DNA from: Malacoraja senta
Taxonomy: Eukaryota
Reading direction: 5' to 3'
NCBI GenBank assembly: GCA_038087875.1
Contig: JAXLNO010000305.1
Location: forward strand, 106,387 to 126,386
Length of the DNA stretch: 20,000 nucleotides
Shown: positions 9,384 to 19,385 of the stretch, one piece after another
How the letters are laid out: every line of letters starts with the position of its first letter
How positions within the stretch are numbered: position 1 is the stretch's first letter
Made by a program: the position numbers and the translations under genes
Notes under the pieces: generated by a model
Told to the model about the DNA's origin: nothing
Databases searched by the model: none
The model's input: only the letters and a program-made list of their open reading frames with translations

Positions 9384-10442
9384 GGGGGGTTGCTCGTAAG
9401 GTCAAAGGGCATGACACACGGAGCAGCTCAATCCTTCTGGAGTACAAGGCAGCTTCCGGCATACACTAGTAACACACGAAACACGTACGTTCTTGGTCAA
9501 TGGTCAATATTTGCGCTGTAAAAATTTGTGGAAATTGGGGTAACTGAGAGAAAACCACCAAAATCACTGCTGCTCACTGAGCAGCGTACCGGCGGATTGA
9601 GGGCAAGTCCCGGCCCACGACAGCCCGGGCTGGAGGATGACTGAGTGCTCTGAACCCGAGCACCAAGGTGCAAGCGGCCGAAGGAGTACATCCCTCTGGA
9701 CAGCCCCCACTCTCACCCCGGGGTCAGTGCTGTCCGGCCACGGCCGCCCTCCGCACCGTCTCCCCCTGTGCGGCAGCACTGTGGATCCGCAGCGCACACA
9801 CGGGGCCGTGTGGAGCGTGGCCGCAGCTCTGGGCAGCGGACACACGGGGCCATAAACCCAGCAACGTCCCCGTCAGCTGCAGCAGAGTTGGGGACAGTCT
9901 GGTCCCTCCACCCACCCAGAGTCACTGACCGCGCTGCACCAGCACCGGACCCCGACCCCCTCACCGGGCTGTTTCACCCACCCGACCCCCGGACCCCGAC
10001 CCACACACGACACATGGGGTGATTCACCCCCCGACCCCCACCACCACACGGGGTGATTTAACCCCACACACGGGGTGATTCACTCCCCCAAACCTCGGAC
10101 CCCCCACCACCACACGAGGTTATTCACCCCCCCCCCCCCCCGGACCGCGACCCACACACGGGGTGATTCATCCCCGACCCCCACACGGGAGGGACAGGCG
10201 GCCCGGGGTCTGCAAGTGTGGAACCAGTCAGCGTGGAGTCCGGATGCTGGGACAGAAGACGGGCCCGCTGTACTGGCAGCCATAGTAAGTGCTTCTGCTT
10301 CTTCTTCTTTGGAGTTTTACGGCAGCCGGCATCCGCAAATATAGTAAGTGCTTACCTGACGTTCACCTCTTGTACTCCAGAAGGCGTTGCGTGGGAACAG
10401 TACGGGTCACGGGTCGTGACCTCGACTGCCGTGCAACCTCCC
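9384..10442. mobile_element. Non-autonomous TIR DNA transposon (1059 bp), probably PIF/Harbinger-ISL2EU related
   Basis: TIRs GGGGGGTTGCTCG / revcomp GGGAGGTTGCACG. Perfect 16-bp subterminal inverted repeat CCTTCTGGAGTACAAG (9433-9448 / 10369-10384). TAT duplicated at the target. THAP-like start MVNICAVKICGN at 9500. Confidence 0.8.
9945..10190. repeat. Degenerate C-rich minisatellite inside the DNA transposon
   Basis: Recurrent cacacggggtgattcaccccc...gacccc units of variable length (~20-45 bp). Confidence 0.8.
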
Positions 10443-11207
10443 TATAAAAGTAGGGATGTAATGCTGAGGCTTTACAAGGCCCTGGTCAGACCGCATTTGG
10501 GGTATGATCATATTGATCAGCCATGATCATATTGAATGGCGGAGCAGGCTCGAATGGCCTACTCCTGCACCTATTTTCTATGTTTCTATGTATTGTGAGC
10601 AGTTTTGGGCCCCATATCTGATGAGGGATGTGCTGACTTTGGAGAGGGTCCAGAGGAGGTTTACGAGAATGATCCCGAGTGTTTAACGGCTCTGGCCCCA
10701 TACTCATTGGAGTTTAGCAGGATGAGGGAAGGAGAGGGGGTAGGGGTAGGGGGAGGGGGGGGGATCTCATTGAATCCTAGCAACTAGTGAAAGACATGGA
10801 TAAAGTGGATGTGGAGAGGATATTTCCACCAGTGGGATAATCTAAGACCGGAGGGTACAGCCTCAAAATAAAAGGATGTACCTTTAGAAAAGAGGTGAGA
10901 AATGTATTTAGCCAAAGGATGGTGAATATGTGGTATTCATTGCCACAGACAGTTGTAGAGGCCAAGCCAAGGCTAAGTGGAACATTCTACTAGGGTGGTG
11001 GTACAGGCATACATGATTCAAGAGACTTTTGGATAGGCTTATGAATATGCAGGGACTGGAGGATTTTGGATTATGTTCAGACAGATAAGGGTAGATCTTT
11101 GCATCATCTTTGGCACAGACATTGTGAGCCAAAGGGCCTGTAGTTGATATGCTGTAGTTTTCTGTGTTCTATAAGAACCTGCTTGCAGTGAGGAAATGAG
11201 GTGCAGT

Positions 11208-11241
11208 CCCGCTGAGTTACTCCAGCTTTTTGTGTCTATCT
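11208..11241. mobile_element. Small fragment of the Penelope-like repeat, opposite orientation
   Basis: cccgctgagttactccagctttttgtgtctatct is the reverse complement of the repeat body at ~8773-8808. Confidence 0.7.
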
Positions 11242-11299
11242 GTAGGGAGGAAAATGCTTTGTTGCCTAATATATATTGACATGTTACATTTTATGTACA

Positions 11300-11686
11300 G
11301 CTTATTATTTTTTTAAATAATGAAAGAGAAAAAGAGAGAATAGATTTTTAAAAAAGATAGAAAAACGTGTGATATATGGTGTGTGAAAAGGAAAAAAGGG
11401 GGGAAAGAGGAAAAGTTAAGAAAAGAAAAAAAGAGAGAAAGAGTAAGAAATTGAGGAGATCGTTATTTATATTCTTGACCATCCTTCACCCAGTCCTGAA
11501 ACAGTTAGTTTCTATGATTTTGTTGCACCATATGCTTCCAAAAAGTCGATAAAATGGAGACCAACTCGTTAAGAATTGGTCTGATTTATCTATTAGGAGG
11601 AATCGCATTTCCTCAAGTCCAACATGTTTGAAATCCACATTTTAAGCGTTGGTATGGGTGTATTTTCCCCCAAAATTTAAGTATTA
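11300..11686 (-). mobile_element. 5'-truncated L1 3' end (ORF2 C-terminus + pyrimidine-rich 3'UTR)
   Basis: Minus-strand remnant ILKFW..IPTLKMWISNM..LEEMRFLLIDKSDQFLTSWSP, typical of fish L1 ORF2 ends, followed by a U-rich UTR and an A-rich end. Confidence 0.75.
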
Positions 11687-12330
11687 TTTTAAAACTCCTT
11701 TTGATATCAATTTAGTTGCCATTATGAACATTTTCTTTACCCTGCCTCTGTAAAAGGTACTGCAAATTAGCTGTTTTTTACTGTATCTGATATAATTGCA
11801 GAATGACATGCGTTAGATAATGTAGTTACCTTTATCCCGCAACTATTTCTTATCTACGTCCTGCTCCTGAGCAAAGCCCAGTCAGTTTCTGCATGTGCAT
11901 AGATACTGAGCTCTAAACCACTGCTTTCAGATTTTGAAACCTTCATTGACTCTAAATTGGCACATTGCTCGATATCTGAAAAAGCAGAAATTTCTTCCAA
12001 TTAAGTTGTTAGGAATCAAAGCCTTTAACTTTAGTTCACACCAGGAACTGTTAGCAGATCACGCTTTTTATTGTCAACCCTTAAATATCTGAAACACTTG
12101 ATTGTTCGCAATCTGTTATCACTTATGTTTTTATATGGTTGAGCCTTGGACCATATACCTACACTATATTAAATCTGCATATTTCCACCACCATGAATGT
12201 TGCTGCATTTTGCCTCTGCATTATCATTTTTATTGGTGAACTATCACATCCAGTCTAGTCCTTTGTTACTTTTGGACTGACAGCCACAAAGTTAAGATGG
12301 GGCCGACGGTTTTTATTTAAGTGCTGACAC

Positions 12331-13213
12331 CAGAACTTCCTCCAACTAAACGAGAGTAAGTCTGAGGCCATCTTACTCGGCCCCTCGGACTCAATCAAAA
12401 TGATAGCAGACAGCCTTGGAAGCCTTACCCCATTACTCAAAGCTCACGTCAAAAACCTTGGCGTGATATTTGACTCCGCGTTGAAATTTGATAAACAAGT
12501 CAATGCCATGGTAAAAGCTAGCTTCTTCCAGCTTCGGACGATAGCTAAAATAAAACAATTCCTCCAATTTGATGACCTCGAAAAGATCATCCACTCATTT
12601 ATCTCCTCCCGCCTTGATTACTGCAACTCCCTTTACACTGGCATCAGCCAATCATCCCTGTCCCGCCTGCAATTGGTCCAAAACGCCGCAGCGAGACTCC
12701 TGACGGGCACCCGAAAAAGGGACCACATCACCCCGATTCTGGCCTCTCTCCACTAGCTACCTGTGCGGTTCTGAATCAATTTCAAGCTCCTTCTTTATGC
12801 ATACAAAGCCCTTAACGGGCTTGCCCCCACCTACATCAAAAATCTACTTACCCACCATACCACCTCCAAGTTCCTCAGATCGGACGACTTGGGGTTACTG
12901 ACCATCCCGCATAAGCTCAGGGGCGACAGCGCTTTTGCGGTTGCAGCTCCTAGACTATGGAACAGCATCCCTCTTCCCATCAGAACTGCCCCCTCCATCG
13001 ACTCTTTTAAGTCTAGACTTAAAACATTTCTACTCTCAAGCCTTTCTTGAGGTCATCTGAGGGAGCGCTGTATGTATGTATCTATGTATATATTGTTGAT
13101 CAATGTACCACTGTTTGTAGCACGTTAGTACCTGCACCAATGTAAAGCACTTTGGTCAACGAGAGTTGTTTTAAATGTGCTATAGAAATAAAATTGACTT
13201 GACTTGACTTGAC
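12331..13213 (+). mobile_element. 5'-truncated L2-clade LINE (RT C-terminus + 3'UTR)
   Basis: NFLQLNESKSE, VKNLGVIFDS, SRLDYCNSL, LQLVQNAAARLL, HITPILASLH*LP. It ends AATAAAA(TTGAC)4. Confidence 0.9.
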
Positions 13214-13579
13214 CAGTAGATTGTCACAATTGGGAGCATTTTGGTTTCATTTCAGTGATGATCATTAGTGAGGATGACTGCAGGGAAGTCTGAATATTTT
13301 ATGATGGAGAAATGTGGTATTGTTCTTATCTTCAAAAATGTATAACAATCTTTTGGCAGCAAATGTGCCAAAAGCAGTGACATCAAGCTGCACTTATTCT
13401 TCAATAACCTAGTCACTTCTGGTTTCACTTGTAAAATCTATTCATTAACACACCCATGATATAGACAGCACAGAGCTGAAGAGTTGAGCGTGAGATGGTC
13501 CTTGACATCAAGCAGAATTTTTAAGCATTTGAACCTTGGCAAAACTGAAGTTAGTGAAAGTAAAGGTATACTCTACCAA

Positions 13580-13895
13580 CTGAAGCCACACATCACTCAG
13601 GGAAGATGGCTATAGTTCTTGAAAGGTGTCCTCAGGACAACGTCCTAGGCTCTTAGCCATCTTAGGCTGCTTTGGTTCCTTAGAAAATGAAGCAAGACCT
13701 GAAAGTATAGCAGAATATGGTCAACAGTCAGGCACAGGTTGATAGGTTGTGAATAAATATTCACACTGCTCCTGACAAGAGAGTCTGACACACACCCAGA
13801 AGTTGATGGACATCATTTAAATGCCTCTTCCAAAAGTTGATACCTCCATCCAGTGCAGTATTCCTTCACTGGAGTGTCAACCAAGTATCTTGTGT
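13580..13895 (+). mobile_element. Possible very old LINE/SINE remnant
   Basis: gtcctcaggacaacgtcctaggc resembles an RT PQGSVLG motif, and cagtgcagtattccttcactggagtgtc resembles ancient vertebrate SINE/LINE tails. Weak evidence. Confidence 0.3.
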
Positions 13896-14346
13896 TTCAT
13901 TTGTAAACAAGCCTGTCATAAATTGAGCCATAGCTGACTTTCAAGTTGTTAATTGGTAGCAAAACAATTTGGGATATCTGAAATAGTGAAAAACACTGTA
14001 GAATGTGTAACATTTTGCTCTCCTTTATGAAGCCTACTTTTAGAACTTTAATTGCCTTTTAATGGTTTAATAAACCACCCTGCCACCATTCTGCTGTTTT
14101 TGCTCTATATGCTTTTCCTGGAGATCTCGGATTATTGAAGTGTGTTTAAAATTTAGTAATACTATTGTGGGTACCGGGAGAAGGGATTGTAGATAGGGAA
14201 CTTCCAGAAACTGTGAAATCTTGTGCTTGGAATATGTTAAATTTGAAAATTATTTCTTGTTGAATTACATGTGTTGAATACTGACTGAAGCTGCGAATGG
14301 ATTCTTGTTGTGCTGTAATATCCTGAATATACTGTTGTTTCTGCAG

Positions 14347-14425
14347 GTGGAAATCACTTGACCTCTGAATCCTGGCTACAATCAGTGAGTCTGAACAGAA
14401 GTATTGTCAAGAATGGGTTTCACCG
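14347..14425 (+). CDS. pigx: PIG-X coding exon 2 (79 bp)
   Basis: Acceptor ttgtttctgcAG and donor CG|GTATGT. The only open frame is (G)GNHLTSESWLQSVSLNRSIVKNGFH(R), similar to human PIGX ..ILRQEVLKDGFHR, and is phase-compatible with exon 1. Confidence 0.85.
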
Positions 14426-14757
14426 GTATGTATTGTAACAATATAGATATTTTTAAATGTCCTTGCCACACAGCTAATGTGTACTTGCATCCTATGTTTT
14501 AAGTAAATTTGTAAAATTCAAAAAAACTTTGGGTAATCCAAATAATTTCAAGGCCTAAAACTATAAGGATGGATATAAATAAATTACTCAGTAGAGTAAG
14601 CTCATATGAGTTTTACAATTTGGTATTGAATTAGATGTGTTTGGTTGAAACAGCAGGGGTTAGTGTGTGGAATGAATTTCAATGTTATTGGACACAAGTA
14701 AAAAATGTTCAAGTTTTGTTGATTTTCATTTTTCTACTACGCACTTAATATAGATGT

Positions 14758-14998
14758 TTTGGCGAGTTGGAGACGGTAAGTTGGTTTGAATTGTTTTATT
14801 TTAACGAAACAACGAGCCAACGAGAGTTGATAAGACAACCAAATTTACAATGTGGTTTCCACAAGTGTGGGCGCTAGACTGACAGTTACTGACAGTTACA
14901 GCAAAAAAAAACTGCCAATAGAACACCTGCGCTCATGAGACTCCTCCAGCCAATCACGAGGGTTTGATTACCCAGAACCACCACCGGGTGGCGCTACA
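14758..14998 (-). repeat. 3' LTR (241 bp)
   Basis: Direct repeat of 18953-19186. It starts TGTAGCG on the minus strand just after the PPT. Confidence 0.95.
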
Positions 14999-15001
14999 GG
15001 A

Positions 15002-15025
15002 CCCTCTCCCCCCCCCCCCCCCCCC
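15002..15025 (-). other. Polypurine tract (PPT)
   Basis: Minus-strand G-run + AGAGGG immediately upstream of the 3' LTR. Confidence 0.9.
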
Positions 15026-15029
15026 GAAC

Positions 15030-18000
15030 CCGAGGAGCGAAACCTAGCAGGGAGCCGGACAGAGCGACCCGAACGCGTGGTAACCGGGGCCGGTGCGGGC
15101 GTAACAACGGGGGCTGGCAAAACAGAGCTAGGAGACTGGAACGGGCCCGGAGCAACGGGGACAACTGGGTCGGTGAAACAAGCACCACTGGTACAGCGGG
15201 ATCGGCCGGTGGACGACCGCCAGACTGTCCACGTCCACATGGGCCGGCTTGAGCTGGGCGATAGAGACGATGTCCTCATGGCCCCCCACATCCAACGTAA
15301 ACGTAGCAAGGCAAGCACGCAACACCCGGAACGGCCCCTCGTAAACTCGCTGGAGCGGATAACGGTGGGCATCCCTGCAAACAAAAACAAACAGACAATC
15401 TCACAGACCCGACGGCATGTGCCCCGCGGGCAGGCCGTGCCGCGAGGTGGGTACCGGAGCCAGTCAGCCGACTTGCTCACGAAGGGTCGCCAGAAAAACG
15501 CCGGGGCAGAGTTCACCTGCCCCCGGACAGCCGGGGAGAAAATGCCCAGGCACGCGGAGGGCCAAGCCGTAAACAAGCTCAGCAGATGAAGCACCTAAGT
15601 TCTCCTTGGGGGCGGTTCGGATGCCGAGCAGCACCCACGGCAACTGGTCTACCCAGTCCGGGCCCGTGAGCCGAGCCTTCAACGGCGACTTGCGGTGGCG
15701 ATGAAAGCGCTTGACGAGCCCGTTGGCCTGTGGGTGGTAAGCGGTGGTGTGGTGCAACCGCGCCCCATACAACTGTGCAAGAGGATGTGTCTGACCCGTG
15801 ATCCGCACGCCAGCAGCGGCACCTGGCCTTTATCTCGGAGTTCACCACGACACAAGAAATAATTTTCGAATTTAACATATTCCAAGCACAAGATTTCACA
15901 GTTTCTGGAAGTTCCCTATCTACAATCCCTTCTCCAGGTACCCACGGCGGAGGTGTCTGAAAGTGGAATAGCCTCCGGCCACCTGGTGAATAGATCCACG
16001 ATTGTGAGCAAATGAGTGGCGCCGCGGGATGTCGGCAACGGGCCCACCAAGTCGACATGGATGTTTAGGAACCGGGCAGCCGGGATGGCGAAATCCTGCA
16101 CCGGGACCCGCATGTGCCGCTGGACCTTGGAGGTCTGACATGGGAGGCAGGAGCGGGCCCAGGCCGCCACCTGCTTGCAGAGCCTGTGCCAGACAAATTT
16201 GGCAGCAATCAGTGCGGAGGTTGCCCGGATGGACGTGTGGGCCGAACTGTGGACGGTGTCGAAGATCCGGCGTTGCCATTGCGCAGGCACGACGGGGCGA
16301 GGTCGACCCGTGGAGACATCACAGAGGACCATCGTGCCCAAGGGCCCACACAGGACCTCGGCTAACCGTAGGCGAGAGACAGCAGTGCGGTAGGCCGCCA
16401 TCCCAGCGTCCAGGCGTTGCGGTGCGGCCAGCTCCTCATAGTCCACGGCGTGGCCCACGGCCGAGACGATGGGAACCTCGGGACGGGACAAAGCGTCGGC
16501 GACAGTTGTTTTGCCCGCGATGTGCCTGCGACGTAGTGGTGAAACTCCGAGATAAAGGCCAGGTGCCGCTGCTGGCGTGCGGATCACGGGTCAGACACCT
16601 TGTCTAAGGCGAACGTGAGCGGTTTGTGGTCGGTGTATGCGGTGAAAGGGCAGCCCTCCAAAAAGTAACGAAAGTGCCGAATGGCCAAGTATAATGCGAG
16701 GAGCTCCCTGTCGAAGGCGCTGAAATTGCGCTCGGGAGCCCACAGCTGACGGCTGAAGATAGCCAGCGGCCATCGATCTGCTGCTCGAGCACGCCGCCCA
16801 CAGCCATGTCAGAGGCATCAACGGTGAGGGCCATCGGGGCGGAGGCTCGCGGGTGGACCAACATGGTGGCATTGGCCAGAGCTGCTTTGGCATCCTCGAA
16901 CGCCGCGCCCGCTTCGGCGGACCAAACGAGCACCTTCTGCTTGCCCGCGAGGCACTGGAAAAGGGGCCGCATGACTCGAGCTGTTGCCGGCATGAAACGG
17001 TGGTAAAAGTTTACCATGCGTATGAATTACTGCAACCCCTTCACCGTGCATGGCCTGGGGAACTGCCGAATGGCCTCCACTTTCGAGGGCAAAGGGGCAG
17101 CACCTTGAGGTGTCACACTGTGCCCCAGAAAGGAGATGGAGCAAAGGCCGAATTGGCACTTCGCGGGGCTGATGATAAGGCCGTGGTCCAGAAGGCGCTG
17201 GAACAGGGTCCGCAGGATGCCTCCTGCTCGGTGCGGCTCGCGACCAGGATGTCGTCGAGATAGATGAAGATGAACAGCAGACCCCTGCCGACCCTGTCCA
17301 TGAGCCTCTGGAACGCCTGTGCGGCATTCTTCAACCCAAAGGGCATCCGCAGCCAATCGAATAAACCGAACGGGGTGATGGTCGCAGTCTTCGGGACATC
17401 GTCCGGGTGGACGGGGATCTGGTTATACCGCAGACCGGGTCTACCTTAGAAAAGAAAGTGCCACCCTCGAGGTGGGCGGAAAAGTCCTGAATATGGGGTA
17501 CGGGGTAGCGGTCGTGGTGGTGATGGCGTTCAGACGCCGATAGTCCCCACTTGGCCTCCACCCCCCAGATGCTTTTGAGACCATGTGCAGCAGGGACGCC
17601 CACGGGCTGTCTGAGAGCCGGACAATCCCCAAATCCTCCATGAGTTGAAACTCCTCCCGGGTAATGAGCAGTTTATCCGGTGGGAGGCGTCGTACCCGGG
17701 CGTGTACCGGTGGGCCCAAGGTGGGAATGTGGTGACTGACCCTGTGCTTGGGGTCGTCGCGCTGAAACAGGGAGTGAGGAGCTCCGGGAACCCGGCGAGG
17801 AGAGAGGCATAGGGGCCGTCGACCTTATGGCGCTGAGCTGTGGGCTGGTGGAGACGGGGCAACGGGTCCGAGGTCCGACGCCGGAATCATGCGGACGCCC
17901 CGCACATCGACGAGAAGGGAGAAGGCCCGCAGGAAGTCGGCACCCAGGAGCGGCTGGGCGACGTCCGCAACGATGAACGACCGCTCGTACGGGCGGGAGT

Positions 18001-18229
18001 CAAAGGACAGCGAGAGGGGTCCGCGTGCCGTAAGTTCGAATAGTGCTACGGTTAACGTCCGTGAGCGCAGGACCTCGCTTACACGCACGAGTGTCTCTTC
18101 CAGTCGGTGATAGGATGCTGACGATCGCCCCGGTATCAACGACCTGCCGGAGTGACGGTCGCGGACGTAGAGGCGGTTGTTAAGGCCGATCGCGATCGCC
18201 TCTATAGACGATCGGCCGAGGCATTTCCC
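15030..18229 (-). pseudogene. Gypsy pol (protease, RT, RNase H, integrase), multiply frameshifted
   Basis: VDTGA (~18130), PFGLKNAAQAFQR and YLDD (~17250), VDASD (~16815), H..H..C..C zinc finger, HVDLVGP and YHPQANGLV, spread across several frames. Confidence 0.93.
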
Positions 18230-18924
18230 TGAAACGAGCAGGGTTGGCGGCAGCGTCGGGCCTCAGCACCCCAGCGGAGGTGGTAGAAGCACCATCCGCG
18301 CTTGCCTTGGTCCCCCGTGCGTGGCTGCTGCTCTGCGGTGGAAGTAGTGGGCTGGGCTTTGCCGCGGCCTGCCGAGGCTGCTGGCGCGCGGGCGCGAAAA
18401 CCTGGCTGATGGCGCCGCCATCTTGCTGCTTCGCCAACCAGAGTTCGTCGGCCCTCTCCGCGAGCCTCATGGGGTTGGTAAAGTCGGCGCCCAAGCATGA
18501 GGCGGATGTCGTCCGGCATCTGCTCTAAGAACGCCTGATCAAAGAGCAGATACGTGTGGTGGCCGTCCATCAATGCCAGCATTTCTGCCATCAGCGCGGT
18601 CGTTTTGCTGTCGCCCAAACTGTCCATGCGCAGAAATCGGGCGGCGCGATCCCGAGGCTGAGCCCGAACGTGTGGAGCAGAAGAGCTTTGAGGCCCTCGT
18701 ATTTCGCGAGGGCTGGCGGATTCTGGAGGAACGGCAGCAACCGCAAGGCTGTCTCTTGCGGGACGGCGTGGCGGCATAAAATTATTTACAACGTAGGTGG
18801 AACTGCGCCTCGACGTGCACGAACCAGACCTGCGGTTGTTCGGGCCAGAAGGCGGGCAGCTTGAGGCCGAAGGCATTTTGTTGGGCGTCAGGAACGGCAG
18901 CGGGCTTGCATGTTCGGCATCCAA
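18202..18924 (-). pseudogene. Gypsy gag, frameshifted, with CHCC zinc knuckle
   Basis: LKLPAFWPEQPQVWFVHVEAQF N-terminus and CFYHLRWGAEARRCRQPC (CX2HX9CX3C) C-terminus. Confidence 0.9.
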
Positions 18925-18935
18925 TGTTCGATTGA

Positions 18936-18951
18936 CGCGTTGGGGTCACCA
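18936..18951 (-). other. Primer binding site complementary to tRNA-Trp
   Basis: TGGTGACCCCAACGCG begins 1 nt after the 5' LTR and is close to the tRNA-Trp PBS TGGTGACCCCGACGTG. Confidence 0.85.
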
Positions 18952-18952
18952 A

Positions 18953-19186
18953 TTTGGCGAGTCGGAGATGGTAAGTTAGTTTGAATTGCTTTCTTTTAAT
19001 GAAACAACGAGCCAACGATAAGACAACCAAATTTACAATGTGGCTTCCACAAGTGTGGGCGCTAGACTGACAGTTACTGAGAGTTACAGCAAAAAAAAAC
19101 TGCCAATAGAACACCCGCGCTCATGAGACTCCTCCAGCCAATCACGAGGGTTCGATTACCCAGAGCCACCACCGGGTGACGCTACA
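18953..19186 (-). repeat. 5' LTR (234 bp)
   Basis: By manual count it differs from the 3' LTR by about 12 substitutions and one 7-bp indel. Confidence 0.95.
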
Positions 19187-19385
19187 ATGTAGCCTATTAA
19201 CCTATCAACCAACACATATTGGAAGAAACTAGATTACCTGAGAGAAACACAAATGGAGAACAGACAAACATATACATATTTCTTGTTATCTACAAGAGAT
19301 AAGGCATGTTGTGGATTACAACAAGGCTTTCTCCCTTGTGTCCAATTTCTCACCGCGCCCCACCATCACCAAGAAAAACACAAAT

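Larger units (their letters stand above)
9280..11173 (+). mobile_element. CR1 3' fragment split by a DNA transposon (9384-10442) and by a short CR1 tail insertion (~10507-10589)
   Basis: GVLVHDSQKV...GLEY|KSRDVMLRLYKALVRPHL.Y|CEQFWAPY...LERVQRRFTRMIP rejoins when the inserts are removed. Tail is tctgtgttctat. Confidence 0.85.
14758..19186 (-). mobile_element. Complete but decayed Ty3/Gypsy LTR retrotransposon (CsRn1-like lineage) in pigx intron 2, antisense to pigx
   Basis: Two LTRs, ATGT TSD (14754-14757 / 19187-19190), PBS, PPT, and gag-PR-RT-RH-IN domain order. Confidence 0.96.

Noticed and set aside
9945..10190. Repeat-spacer-like pattern suggestive of CRISPR
   Set aside because: The units are degenerate, the intervening sequences are related C-rich variants rather than unique spacers, there are no cas genes, and the context is vertebrate.
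9497..10344. Dense cluster of short overlapping ORFs on both strands
   Set aside because: GC-rich, stop-poor transposon interior and minisatellite. The translations are low-complexity with no recognisable domain beyond the short THAP-like start.
15077..18979. Numerous + strand ORFs over the Gypsy body
   Set aside because: These are antisense shadows of GC-rich gag/pol. All recognisable motifs are on the minus strand.
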